IMG/VR virus record: IMGVR_UViG_3300035698_013060
Span: 62,001-126,000 of that record
Strand: one strand, 5' to 3'
DNA length: 64,000 nt
The notes below the pieces were generated by a model, which was given only the letters and a program-made list of their open reading frames with translations, had not been told where the DNA came from and made no database searches. Shown in pieces: positions 1 to 9,176 of the stretch. How positions within the stretch are numbered: the first letter of the stretch is position 1; each line of letters begins with the position of its first letter. Position numbers and translations under genes: made by a program.

Positions 1-821
1 GGACTTGCTATGGTGATCTTTGGAGAGTTAACAAGGACATGCATGTCGGCATCGTTGCCGTACTGTTCTTGACCAGTCAGTTCACCCAGAGGCTTCTATC
101 GGCAAAGCATCTACTTCAGACCCGTTCTCCTGACTTGGATTGGGGTGAGAAGTTCTTGATGGCATTTTCTGTTGATAGATCCATCGTCACAGTCCTCCCG
201 GACTTCAATGCCACGTTGGTTTTAGATGACGATGACGTCGAAGACGACGAGAGTACTGGAGAGAAGTACATCACCGGCATGACCTTGACTACCTCGTCGA
301 GGGAACTCAGGATTCCACTCCCAGCCCAACTGTATTTCACTGATGACTTTCAGAAAGCCCTACCAGGTTTCAGGACATCAGAGGGAAAGTTCGAAATCAA
401 ACTCAAGGACTTCGTTGATGAGGTCATCTTCTCAGTGTTCATCCAGAACGAGGAGATCACTCAGTCTCTCAATCAGATCAAGGCGTTGATCGAAAACAAG
501 GATCATCTTGGGGCCGAAACGATTGATGAGATGGTAAGCATGATGTTCGGTCTGCTCAGTGGCAACGGTATCTTGTTGGACATGATTCACATCGAGTGCA
601 TCATGCGGAACTTGATACGGGATCCGGAAGACATCTCCGAAAGGCCGGACTTCCATACGGAATCACCGGACTACGTCATCTTAAGGCTGGCTGACTCCAT
701 CCTTCACGGGAAGAGTGTCACCGTCGGTCTTTCGTTCGAAAATCTCAAACAGCAGCTTAACTCAGCCAGGACGTTCCGTAAGGAAGGTTCCTCATTGATA
801 GACTGCTTCTTCGAAAGGTAG
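1..821 (+). CDS. rpoC: Non-virion RNA polymerase beta' subunit, C-terminal part (AR9 gp154-like); 5'-truncated by window edge
   Basis: Frame is open from the window start: TCYGDLW (tail of the CxxCYG Zn motif), trigger-loop-like GIVAVLFLTSQFTQRLLSAKHLL, and IHIECIMRNL (cf. KHIEVIVRQM). Confidence 0.9.
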   Translation, partial: TCYGDLWRVNKDMHVGIVAVLFLTSQFTQRLLSAKHLLQTRSPDLDWGEKFLMAFSVDRSIVTVLPDFNATLVLDDDDVEDDESTGEKYITGMTLTTSSRELRIPLPAQLYFTDDFQKALPGFRTSEGKFEIKLKDFVDEVIFSVFIQNEEITQSLNQIKALIENKDHLGAETIDEMVSMMFGLLSGNGILLDMIHIECIMRNLIRDPEDISERPDFHTESPDYVILRLADSILHGKSVTVGLSFENLKQQLNSARTFRKEGSSLIDCFFER

Positions 822-827
822 GGAAAC

Positions 828-1256
828 ATGGCGACGGAAGCGAAAAGAGAGTGGATGTCCGAAGCTCTGAAATACATGTGGGACAAACTGCTGGGAGTCG
901 TCAGCGGGAATCTTCTCGAAGATGACGTTCTTGCCGTTATGCTTAAGATAGAGGAAACGATCCTCTATAACGGGTACTCTGTTAAGTACGGAAGGGCTAG
1001 AGACAAGGCTCCACACCAGATCATCAAGATCTATGAGACCCCAAAGGGATCCAAACAGTTTGCAGTGTTTACGATGCTGTTGGGTGGCGAATCCTCCAAA
1101 AAGATCATCGACGACAACAACCAGGAACGCCTTATGCTAGGTGAGATCTGGGATGATAGTCGAGGTAAGAAACGGAAGATTGGTCCTGGTAAAAAGGGTC
1201 ATCGGAGAGAGGAGAATGATAAGAATGCAAGTAATGATAAACCTCCTTCAGTCTGA
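828..1256 (+). CDS. Hypothetical protein
   Basis: ORF directly after the rpoC-like gene; its 3' end overlaps the next gene. Confidence 0.6.
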   Translation: MATEAKREWMSEALKYMWDKLLGVVSGNLLEDDVLAVMLKIEETILYNGYSVKYGRARDKAPHQIIKIYETPKGSKQFAVFTMLLGGESSKKIIDDNNQERLMLGEIWDDSRGKKRKIGPGKKGHRREENDKNASNDKPPSV

Positions 1257-2043
1257 AGAGACAGTGCTTAAAGAGACCTGGAATTCAATTCTGGATCTAT
1301 GTTATCATTGTGTGGCTGGAGATGTTAAAAGGGCTCGTGAAAGAACCCTTGAGGGTTTGGAACTCTATATCGCATCTCTAGGCTACTCCGTTGACTTCGT
1401 CTCTGCGGCAAAGGAACAAGGTCCTAACTACCTTGAGTTAGTACACTGGCCTCTAAAAGGGGAATGTCAGTTCATCAACTATAAGTTCTCAATTTGTAGG
1501 GGTCATCCCAACGACCCTCTCAAACTTATCATCGATGCCAACAACAACGCCAGAAAAGATTTGGTGGAACCTCTGAGAAGCGGAGCCAATAATCACCGCA
1601 AGGTGATTAGAGACAAGGCTGGAAGGCCCTTCAAGCCTCATCTCCCAGACCCGAAGCTGGATACTACATCCAAGGTTGAGGCTGATAGAGTCATAGCCAT
1701 GGAGATGTCTGAGGGAGACCCGATCGAATTCTGTGAGATCTGTCCTTCATTGGAAGGGTGTATCGTCAGAGTTGAGAAGTGCGACTTGAAACCTGAGAAA
1801 GTTGGAGTCGTGTATTGGGTGCAAGGTCAGAATGTCCATACCAAGAACAAGGGGACAACCATCGAGTTCAGGGTATGGGGAAAGACTCTCGACAAATCTG
1901 GGACCATCATTCGTATTCCAGACAAGAGCCAAAGTACAAGGAAAGAGAAAGATAAAGTCTCTACCTTTCCGTGCACCAACATCAAAGTGATCGCTGACAG
2001 TTTGATCCGTTATCGCGGACAACTGGAAAAAGGAGGTAAGTAG
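1216..2043 (+). CDS. Hypothetical protein
   Basis: GAGGAG RBS before ATG 1216, in frame with ORF 1141-2043. Confidence 0.7.
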   Translation: MIRMQVMINLLQSEETVLKETWNSILDLCYHCVAGDVKRARERTLEGLELYIASLGYSVDFVSAAKEQGPNYLELVHWPLKGECQFINYKFSICRGHPNDPLKLIIDANNNARKDLVEPLRSGANNHRKVIRDKAGRPFKPHLPDPKLDTTSKVEADRVIAMEMSEGDPIEFCEICPSLEGCIVRVEKCDLKPEKVGVVYWVQGQNVHTKNKGTTIEFRVWGKTLDKSGTIIRIPDKSQSTRKEKDKVSTFPCTNIKVIADSLIRYRGQLEKGGK

Positions 2044-2651
2044 TGAGAGGACAGAGATCAGAAGAAATCAAGCACTTGTTCAACATGGCTGTCGTCGCCA
2101 TGAGGGACCCGAAGAAGTCTGGTGAACAACTCCGTCAGATCGCGTCCGGCCTGGAAAGGCTGGCATATATGGAAGGGTTCATGCCTGATCCAGTTCTCGA
2201 CGACGACGGTAAAGTGATCGCCATTCGAGCGATGGTATCGCTGTTTCATCCGCAGAAGGCGGATCCGGAGTTTATGTTCGATCCGGACAACGCAGAACGG
2301 TTGGAAGAGCTCAAGAAAAAGCGGGTGAAAGATCTTCGCAAGAAGAAGCGTGCGGAGGGAAAAGAACCCAAACCTAAGAAAGAGCAATACCACCGAAGCA
2401 AAGACCCGGACAAGTTGAACGCTCTGAAGGACCAGGCACTGGCGATGGATTCAGAGTTAGCCCTGGAGAACTTCAAGCATTCTTTCAATGCCGGAGTCTG
2501 TGAAGTGATGGATGGTCGTAAGACTCTTCGTATCGTGGTTTCTGGATTGATCCGAGATGCGAGGACTAGAAAGCTCCGAGTTACCGGGGTTTATACGGAC
2601 GGTGGCGTCGGAGGTGCCGCTCGTTACTTGGAGAAGTGTACGTTCGTGTGA
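2043..2651 (+). CDS. Hypothetical basic protein
   Basis: AGGAGG RBS; TAG/GTG overlap with the upstream gene. Confidence 0.75.
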   Translation: MRGQRSEEIKHLFNMAVVAMRDPKKSGEQLRQIASGLERLAYMEGFMPDPVLDDDGKVIAIRAMVSLFHPQKADPEFMFDPDNAERLEELKKKRVKDLRKKKRAEGKEPKPKKEQYHRSKDPDKLNALKDQALAMDSELALENFKHSFNAGVCEVMDGRKTLRIVVSGLIRDARTRKLRVTGVYTDGGVGGAARYLEKCTFV

Positions 2652-2674
2652 TCTTTATCGGTCCGTGAGACAAC

Positions 2675-2710
2675 AGACGGAAGGGGCTTTTAAGCCCCTC
2701 CGTCTTTCTT
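2675..2710 (+). terminator. Intrinsic terminator
   Basis: agacgg-a-aggggct-ttta-agcccct-ccgtct followed by a T-rich tract. Confidence 0.8.
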
Positions 2711-2733
2711 CCTCGTAATTTGTGCTTTCTAGA

Positions 2734-2745
2734 AACATACAATGG
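2734..2745 (+). promoter_or_regulatory. Putative late promoter (AACA-N4-AT-NN) for the actin operon
   Basis: AACATACAATGG lies just after a terminator and before the RBS/ATG at 2773. Confidence 0.5.
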
Positions 2746-2772
2746 ATTAGCATGAACGAAAGAGGAACCGAC

Positions 2773-3231
2773 ATGAACATATACCAACAGTTTCAGACGT
2801 TCCTCGAGGACTTTAACTCGAACTACCCGAGGAATTCGCCGAGATGCAAGTCTACAGGGTGTAACGAGCTAGAATGGAGAGGTACTGGGTATTGTTACAA
2901 GTGCCTAGATTATACCCTCCAGAAACAGATCCTTGAGAAAATGAAGGCCGTTGAAGCCGCCCTTGGAGGCGAGACACTGGACAAACTCAAGGCCGCACAA
3001 GATGCTTTAGCTGACGGTATTACCGTCAGATCTATAGAGGGGGATTTACCTCATAAAGTCCTTCCACGGAAGATATCTGCTGTTGAGGATGATAGTCCTG
3101 GGTTTGTACCTAGCGACATTGGGAATGCAGACGCAGATGTCAGCCTCAAAGGGAGTTCGACAAGCTCCAACAAGAAAAATGTGGCTAATGCCGCTGCTGC
3201 ACTCAAGAAAGCGAGCGACGGCGGCCCATAG
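2773..3231 (+). CDS. Hypothetical protein with Cys cluster (CxxxxC...CxxC), coiled coil and low-complexity tail; candidate actin partner
   Basis: AGAGGA RBS; immediately upstream of the actin-like gene. Confidence 0.7.
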   Translation: MNIYQQFQTFLEDFNSNYPRNSPRCKSTGCNELEWRGTGYCYKCLDYTLQKQILEKMKAVEAALGGETLDKLKAAQDALADGITVRSIEGDLPHKVLPRKISAVEDDSPGFVPSDIGNADADVSLKGSSTSSNKKNVANAAAALKKASDGGP

Positions 3232-3240
3232 GGGACGTCG

Positions 3241-4422
3241 ATGAAACCGTTCCAAACAGCGAGCTTCAGAAGAGACATGACAGTCAACCTGAACCTCGGC
3301 TCTCCGAGGAAAGCGAAAACAGAAAGACCTAAACCGGCATCGCGAAAGCCGATGAATAGAGGACGTAAGTCTATGCCAACTGTAACTAAGACGACACCAA
3401 CCCCGAAAGCAGTTCCCCCTGTGGAGACTACTGCGAAGGTCATGCCTATTGGGCTCGACGTCGGGACTATGAATCTCGTATCCGCCAGAATGATTGGCGA
3501 TGGCGTGGAGACTTCCACCCTTAGGAACGTATTCCTGGAGATCCCGGAGGAATACGCTGGACAAATGGACCTGGAGAAGGTCAGCTATGCCAAGATCGAG
3601 GACAAGCTGTACGTTCTCTCCGAAGAGGCATTCACATTCGCTAACATCTTCAACCAAGAAGCCAAGCGTCCGATGCGAGAGGGTATGATCTCTCCCGAAG
3701 AGTTGGACTCCGCAGACATTCTCGCGGTTATGCTTCGGGAACTGATTGGAAAAGGTGATGGCGAGAAGCCATGTTGCTACTCGATTCCTGCCGACCCGAT
3801 TGATAGCGACGTGAAAGTCGTATATCACCGGGATATCTTCCGCCGCATCATCACGTCACTCGGTTACAAGGCGATTCCTCTCAATGAGGGAGTGGCCATC
3901 GTATACTCTGAATGTGCTGGTGAGGGATTCACGGGTATCGGTATCAGTTTCGGTGGCGGAATGACAAACGTCGGCGTCTCGTTCAAAGGCGTTGAAGTGA
4001 TGTCGTTCTCGTGTGCCCGTGGTGGTGACTGGATCGATAGGAATGCAGCCTCTTCCTTGGGTCAGGTTCCCAACCGTCTTACGATGATCAAAGAACGTGA
4101 AGACTTCGACTTGAATGACTTCTCTCAGGGGAAGCGTAAGGAACGGCGGATGAAAGAAGCCTTGACGTATTACTACAAGGACCTCATCGGCTACACTGTA
4201 CGTCACATCGTCAAAGGTCTGGACGGAATTGACACTGAGTTCCCTGAAGACGTTCCAGTAATCATCTCCGGTGGAACATCCAAGGCGAAGGGCTTTGTCG
4301 AATTGGTAGGCCAAGCTATCGAGGAACATGAGTTCCCCTTCGACATCAAGGGAGTTCGTCACGCTGAGAACCCACTCACAGCCACAGCCGAAGGGTGTTT
4401 GATCAACGCTCTGAAGGAATAG
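3241..4422 (+). CDS. Actin-superfamily ATPase, volactin-like, with a basic/Pro-rich N-terminal extension
   Basis: Phosphate-1 GLDVGTMN, connect-1 PLNEG, phosphate-2 GISFGGGMTN, ARGGDWID, adenosine ISGGTS; FANIFN and PADPIDSD motifs recalled from haloarchaeal volactin. Confidence 0.9.
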   Translation: MKPFQTASFRRDMTVNLNLGSPRKAKTERPKPASRKPMNRGRKSMPTVTKTTPTPKAVPPVETTAKVMPIGLDVGTMNLVSARMIGDGVETSTLRNVFLEIPEEYAGQMDLEKVSYAKIEDKLYVLSEEAFTFANIFNQEAKRPMREGMISPEELDSADILAVMLRELIGKGDGEKPCCYSIPADPIDSDVKVVYHRDIFRRIITSLGYKAIPLNEGVAIVYSECAGEGFTGIGISFGGGMTNVGVSFKGVEVMSFSCARGGDWIDRNAASSLGQVPNRLTMIKEREDFDLNDFSQGKRKERRMKEALTYYYKDLIGYTVRHIVKGLDGIDTEFPEDVPVIISGGTSKAKGFVELVGQAIEEHEFPFDIKGVRHAENPLTATAEGCLINALKE

Positions 4423-4429
4423 AGATATG
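4408..4429 (+). repeat. 22-bp gene-junction direct repeat, copy 1
   Basis: gctctgaaggaatagagatatg; 21/22 identical to 4958-4979. Confidence 0.9.
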
Positions 4430-4972
4430 TTATTCTACGATACCGACATACTACAAGAGGGTTGGTGGAAGGGCTTTTTAACTCAAATCTCTGGAGATGT
4501 GGACGGAGCTTTCACTCATTTTGGAATCATGCTCTCTGTCAATCCTGATAGGGGTCTCAACAAGACCGTGAAGATCGCGAAGGAGATGATTCCTGAGATT
4601 AAGAAGATCTCCAGTTTCAAGCTTACGGATCAACAAGAGAATATCGCTAGAATATCGATCGAGAAAGACAGCAGCGACAAGAATGCGTTTTTCCTCTTGA
4701 TGAAAACCCGTGATGGAGTGATGCCGTGGGCTCAGGGAAAGAAGTGGAGTAATAAGCCCGTTTATGACAGAAGTAAGGAAGTAGCTGACATGATGGCTAC
4801 TGCCAACAACGGAAAAGAGCTAGCCGCTATTCTGGAGAAAGCTGTTGATAAGGCTGAAAGAATGATGGGGGTCTTCACTAATGAAACTGACCGATATTGT
4901 AAAAGAAGTATCGCTGTCGGACTGGTGGAGATCATGACGCAGATAAGACACCGAATTGCTCTGAGGGAATAG
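4427..4972 (+). CDS. Hypothetical protein with MLFYD...LQE N-terminus (putative internal head protein)
   Basis: N-terminal motif shared with the proteins starting at 4977, 14060 and 53605. Confidence 0.75.
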   Translation: MLFYDTDILQEGWWKGFLTQISGDVDGAFTHFGIMLSVNPDRGLNKTVKIAKEMIPEIKKISSFKLTDQQENIARISIEKDSSDKNAFFLLMKTRDGVMPWAQGKKWSNKPVYDRSKEVADMMATANNGKELAAILEKAVDKAERMMGVFTNETDRYCKRSIAVGLVEIMTQIRHRIALRE

Positions 4973-4979
4973 AGATATG
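4958..4979 (+). repeat. 22-bp gene-junction direct repeat, copy 2
   Basis: gctctgagggaatagagatatg. Confidence 0.9.
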
Positions 4980-5673
4980 CCTTTGTTTTATGATAGAGAA
5001 ATACTGAATGAATCCCCCTTCTCCGAAGTCGGATATCAGGGATTTACCCTCGATCTTCAAGGACAAGTCAGGTAACATCGCTATCGTCGAAGATAAGAAG
5101 GGTTACAAACCCCAGGAAGCTCTTAAGCTTTGGAAGAAGATTTCCACTGTGAAGGGGATGAAGTCTTACCTCAAGGGAGCTAGCGCGAGGAGAGTCTACT
5201 TCAAAAATGAGTGGGATGAGCTCTTGAATCCTGATACTTCACCACATAAAGATGAGCTCTTGGATTCAGTAAAAAGGCTTAAGCTACACTTCATCGAAGA
5301 TATAGGTAGCGATGAACTGTACTTCTCCATGGTAGACGGGAAGATCTATGAGCTATGGTCTGGTGAATACACTCTCTCTGTATGGGAAGAGAACTGGGGT
5401 CGATACGTACATGCAAAGACCGGAGGACTTTTTGGTGAAGCTCCTCCAGAAAAGGAAGAAGGAAACTTCTGGAAGAACGTAAGGAACATTGGCAGATTTG
5501 TTGGCATGGTTCCTTTCGTGTTCACCGGAATACCGTATATTCTTTGGGACAAGTATCGGTGGGAGAAGGAAATGGAAAGAAAGCACGGTAAGGGAGCTTC
5601 TAAGAATATGAAGTATACGATCCCTGACTGGGCAATGAATTTTATGACAGTTGAAGAAGATTGCCAAGAATAG
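4977..5673 (+). CDS. Hypothetical membrane-associated protein (MPLFYDREILNES...), apparently frameshifted at the C5 run 5014-5018
   Basis: ATG 4977 has the repeat-borne RBS and the FYD motif, but this frame stops after 32 codons; the long ORF 5008-5673 is in the +1 frame; hydrophobic segment FVGMVPFVFTGIPYILW. Confidence 0.6.
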
Positions 5674-5744
5674 AGACTCTTAAGAATAGGAGTCTGTCTG
5701 AAGTAAAGAGGAAGCCGTCACAAACCGAAAAAGGAAAACGGACA

Positions 5745-6119
5745 ATGACACAGAACCTCTATGACGCGAACTACATAGACAAGATCGAACTCATCAAGGT
5801 CGCACAAAAGTACGACCTCGACGCGAACGCAGTGGCAGAAGCAGACACTCTTGATGCTCTCCTGAAGCAGCAGGAATTGATCCACAAAGCCGCCCGAAAG
5901 AAAGATCCCAACTTCTGCAACTCTGACGCCCTGTTGAAACTGCTGCGTCAGCTGGATGCTGTGAGAGCTGCTGATCTCGAAGTCGCTCTTACTGAATGCG
6001 AGAGCAAAAGAGATTTCAAGCGGTGGAAGCACGATGCTCATGATGAGCTCGAGAAGGCCCAGATCAGGAACAGAGAACTCTATGGGAATGCTGATGGGGA
6101 GACTGATGTCCCACGTTAG
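5745..6119 (+). CDS. Hypothetical helical protein
   Basis: AAGGA RBS before ATG 5745. Confidence 0.7.
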   Translation: MTQNLYDANYIDKIELIKVAQKYDLDANAVAEADTLDALLKQQELIHKAARKKDPNFCNSDALLKLLRQLDAVRAADLEVALTECESKRDFKRWKHDAHDELEKAQIRNRELYGNADGETDVPR

Positions 6120-6151
6120 AGGTGAATGAATTTCTACACGGAGAACCGATA

Positions 6152-6159
6152 CATATTAT
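6152..6159 (+). promoter_or_regulatory. Putative early promoter core CATATTAT
   Basis: Recurrent intergenic NATATTAN motif; followed by a leader hairpin at about 6165-6206 and a run of small accessory genes. Confidence 0.55.
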
Positions 6160-6232
6160 TGAGCAGTCACGGCCTCCTGGATTGTCCAGAAGGAACATCC
6201 GTGATTAGAGAGAGAACGGTAAAGGAAAAGAG

Positions 6233-6637
6233 ATGAGAAATCTTTTCGTCACCGTCCTGATCGCCGTCCTGTTGGTCTTCGCCCTGGCTGCGCTTAGCGG
6301 GTCCGGAGGCGTATCGTCGGAAGAGGGGGTCTTAACAGTCCTTCTCGCTGACGGTCCTCCCCTGGATCCGACGCTGCTGACTGAAGATTATTTACAGGAC
6401 ATTGTAACGAGGGCCGTAGCGCCTGTATACACCGAGTGGGAGTTCCGGTACATCCGGGATACTTCGGTTGTGATCCAAACGGACCAGGATAACAGTCTGT
6501 CGAATTCGCAAAACACTCGGAAAGAAGCTACAACCGCCAACGACGGAAGGCGCCTCATTCTCAAATGTCCGTTCGAAGTGGTTGGCTACACTTCTGAGAT
6601 GAAACAATACCTTTATGGCCCCAAAGCAGGTTGCTGA
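6233..6637 (+). CDS. Secreted/membrane protein with signal-peptide-like N-terminus
   Basis: MRNLFVTVLIAVLLVFALAALS. Confidence 0.7.
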   Translation: MRNLFVTVLIAVLLVFALAALSGSGGVSSEEGVLTVLLADGPPLDPTLLTEDYLQDIVTRAVAPVYTEWEFRYIRDTSVVIQTDQDNSLSNSQNTRKEATTANDGRRLILKCPFEVVGYTSEMKQYLYGPKAGC

Positions 6638-6735
6638 ACTCGTCGAAGCCTAGTATTTACTTATACGTGCTCGACAAGGAATCTTCCTCCCGAGATGATG
6701 TGTGGGACCGAACGGGACCATAATCGAAGGTTGAT

Positions 6736-6772
6736 AAACGGGCTACCCCTCCGGGGGTAGCCCGTTTCTTTT
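6736..6772 (+). terminator. Intrinsic terminator
   Basis: aaacgggctaccc ... gggtagcccgttt followed by cttttc. Confidence 0.85.
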
Positions 6773-6814
6773 CACAGAAGTAACGACAATACCGAGAAAG
6801 ATAAAGAGGAAAAC

Positions 6815-7204
6815 ATGAGTAAGAAAAAAATCTGCGGAGAGGTAGTACTCGCCATCGGTATCGATGCTACCGGAATACGTATTTGTACCCAAGAACACAA
6901 TACGGATCACATTCACGACGATCCAAAATCAGCCGCCATCACTAGGGTTGCGAGACCGAACGAGAGGTTTATCGTCCTCAGTGACGGTGCTATCATTCTG
7001 GATCGAGCTTCAACGTTGAAGATCGAGTATGGGAATTGGGGTGAAGTCCCTGGGTGTCCTGTCGAAGACTGGGCTACCGAAGTCTCTAACGGTGACACAC
7101 GTCAGAGTTATTGGGAATGGGTCGTTGCCAGGGAGGAGGAAAATGAAGATTTCGAGAATGGCTACTTGAGCTTTGGGTCGCACTTTCAAGAAAATACCGA
7201 CTAA
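6815..7204 (+). CDS. Hypothetical protein
   Basis: GAGG RBS; EVSNGDTRQSYWEWV-type phage motif. Confidence 0.7.
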   Translation: MSKKKICGEVVLAIGIDATGIRICTQEHNTDHIHDDPKSAAITRVARPNERFIVLSDGAIILDRASTLKIEYGNWGEVPGCPVEDWATEVSNGDTRQSYWEWVVAREEENEDFENGYLSFGSHFQENTD

Positions 7205-7490
7205 CCCGACTCCATGTGACAAATGTACTTACTACAGAGAAATCTGGGATCCTCAACCAGGAATAGATTGGAACAGGTGTACTCACCCTGACAGAAAGAA
7301 TTCTGATGGAGACTATCCACAGGCTCGTGAGAAATGTGAGTCCTTCAGTCCATTTATTCAGATCAAAATCCCAAAGGTAAATACCGAGGAATTTTATCAT
7401 GGCTTATGTCGAGCCGCACGAATCACCAAACGACTGGTGTCACGTCTGTGGAAAAAGGTCAGATCAACACGCCACGATCACATATCCTGA
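7173..7490 (+). CDS. Hypothetical Cys-rich protein (start uncertain)
   Basis: CDKC...C...C; see finding on the in-frame TGA at 7167. Confidence 0.45.
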   Translation: MGRTFKKIPTNPTPCDKCTYYREIWDPQPGIDWNRCTHPDRKNSDGDYPQAREKCESFSPFIQIKIPKVNTEEFYHGLCRAARITKRLVSRLWKKVRSTRHDHIS

Positions 7491-7638
7491 CGACGCAGAG
7501 CATGCGGATGAAGGAGAGCATTGGCGTGTAAGACCTGGACCTGGAATCAACAAACTGAGGATCTGTGCCCAGTGCGCGAAGGTGGTGGCTAAAGTAGCCT
7601 CCAACCCTGATGGTCCTAAATCACGAAAGAGACTCTAG
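7399..7638 (+). CDS. Small zinc-finger protein
   Basis: CHVC...CAQC; GAGG RBS. Confidence 0.7.
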   Translation: MAYVEPHESPNDWCHVCGKRSDQHATITYPDDAEHADEGEHWRVRPGPGINKLRICAQCAKVVAKVASNPDGPKSRKRL

Positions 7639-7639
7639 T

Positions 7640-8146
7640 ATGCCACGAGTGCATCACGTAAAAGCCGCCAAAGACTATCTCCAAGAGGGGATTAAAAAAG
7701 GCGAAATGTATTTCTGGGCTAAGCCTGGACGTCGGGGTCGGAAGATCCGATACAAAAACCGTCCCAGGCCGTCCCAGTTGACTGGTAGTGCGTTCCTCAC
7801 CGATGCCTATGGGCTCCGGGAGGAGATGGAAGACGCCAGCCCGGGAACCCGCGAGGATCTTCAATCAATGGCCGAGGATTGGAAGACACGAGCAGAAGAG
7901 CTCCGGGACCAATGTCAAGAGTCTCTCGACAATATGCCAGAACACTTGCAAGATACCAGCGAGACCGGTCAGATTCTCACTGAAAGAATCGACAATCTCG
8001 ATAACTTCGCCAACGAAATCGACGGCATCGACTTTGAGACAGTGGATGATGTTGAAGACGATGACGATGAGGGTAAAACTCGGGAAGAGACTGACGAGGA
8101 TGCCGTAAATCGTCTCACAGAAGAGATGCCTGATCTAGAAGTGTAA
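7640..8146 (+). CDS. Hypothetical protein (basic N-terminus, acidic coiled-coil C-terminus)
   Basis: ORF coupled to the upstream stop; SLDNMPEHLQ-type phage motif. Confidence 0.75.
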   Translation: MPRVHHVKAAKDYLQEGIKKGEMYFWAKPGRRGRKIRYKNRPRPSQLTGSAFLTDAYGLREEMEDASPGTREDLQSMAEDWKTRAEELRDQCQESLDNMPEHLQDTSETGQILTERIDNLDNFANEIDGIDFETVDDVEDDDDEGKTREETDEDAVNRLTEEMPDLEV

Positions 8147-8178
8147 GAACAAGGACAGATGTCCTAGAGAAGAAACAG

Positions 8179-8559
8179 GTGGAAGCGGAGTTTCTAATCA
8201 AGAAGAAGGTAGACGAGCAGTTTCTAAGGGACATCGCTATCACCGCCATCGAAGGTGGTACCGGGTACTGGGCTTCTGTCAGTGAGTACAGAGCTGATGT
8301 AGCGGCTAACGAAATCATTGTCGTTATTCATTTTTATGAGGGAGAAGATGACGGCGACGATCAGCAGACCAGAAAGCTCACCCTCATGGATATCGCAGAA
8401 GGAATCAAAAGAGTTCTCAACCCGGAGTTCAGGGTTGGCGACCAGATCAAAGGGTGTTTAATCCAAAGTATCTGCAGTAATGATGCTGGGATGGCTGATG
8501 CTGATGTGGCTGATGTGATCGTACAAGCGGCGCTATTCGGAGAAATCGTCTACGGATAA
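8179..8559 (+). CDS. Hypothetical phage protein
   Basis: EGGTGYWA...DADVADVIVQAALFGEIVYG phage motif. Confidence 0.75.
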   Translation: MEAEFLIKKKVDEQFLRDIAITAIEGGTGYWASVSEYRADVAANEIIVVIHFYEGEDDGDDQQTRKLTLMDIAEGIKRVLNPEFRVGDQIKGCLIQSICSNDAGMADADVADVIVQAALFGEIVYG

Positions 8560-8609
8560 CCCTAAACTACAACGGCCTTATATTCAGGTCTTTAAAAGGT
8601 GAGAACTAA

Positions 8610-9176
8610 ATGACAACAATACAATTAGCGGGCCTCTTAAAGGCCAGAACAGCCATGTCTGAGGCGATGACTCACCTGGACGCAGAACTAGCAATGGTCA
8701 TGGAAAAATCGACGGAACCCAAGACAGGCCCAGTCAAAAAAGAGGCCGACTTCAAAGGGGAGAACATCCCTAAGGAGTTGGCCCAGGTTTGTGTCGAGTT
8801 CGTGAACCTCCATTGGAGTGACCACGCATACTTCTCCTTGAAAAACACGGATGATAACAGACTTACATTCGAGGCCAACAGATTCTACTTCGAGATGGGA
8901 CTCAGTCTTCCAATCTTTCACGGGGACGGAGAATACTTCGTCGTTAATCCTGGAGAAAGGCTCAGTCTGGACGTACCTACCTTACTGAAGATTCAGGAAG
9001 GAGTCGTCAGAGATAATGACGATCCTTCTGATACATGGTCTTCTCTACGAGGTATCTCGGAATTGGACAGACTCTTCTCCGTTATCAATGGGTTTGACTG
9101 GCAATGGTGGCCCAAGCTACTAGAACTAGTGAATGAGAATGATCCCGTGAAGTACACGGAGATAGATTATGGATGA
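8610..9176 (+). CDS. Hypothetical protein
   Basis: 188-aa ORF with RBS. Confidence 0.7.
   Translation: MTTIQLAGLLKARTAMSEAMTHLDAELAMVMEKSTEPKTGPVKKEADFKGENIPKELAQVCVEFVNLHWSDHAYFSLKNTDDNRLTFEANRFYFEMGLSLPIFHGDGEYFVVNPGERLSLDVPTLLKIQEGVVRDNDDPSDTWSSLRGISELDRLFSVINGFDWQWWPKLLELVNENDPVKYTEIDYG

Noticed and set aside
6525-6700. tmRNA (ACAACC-GCC-AAC-GAC resembles a resume codon, 'AND...')
   Set aside because: No tRNA-like ends or tag-like stop; lies within a plausible CDS
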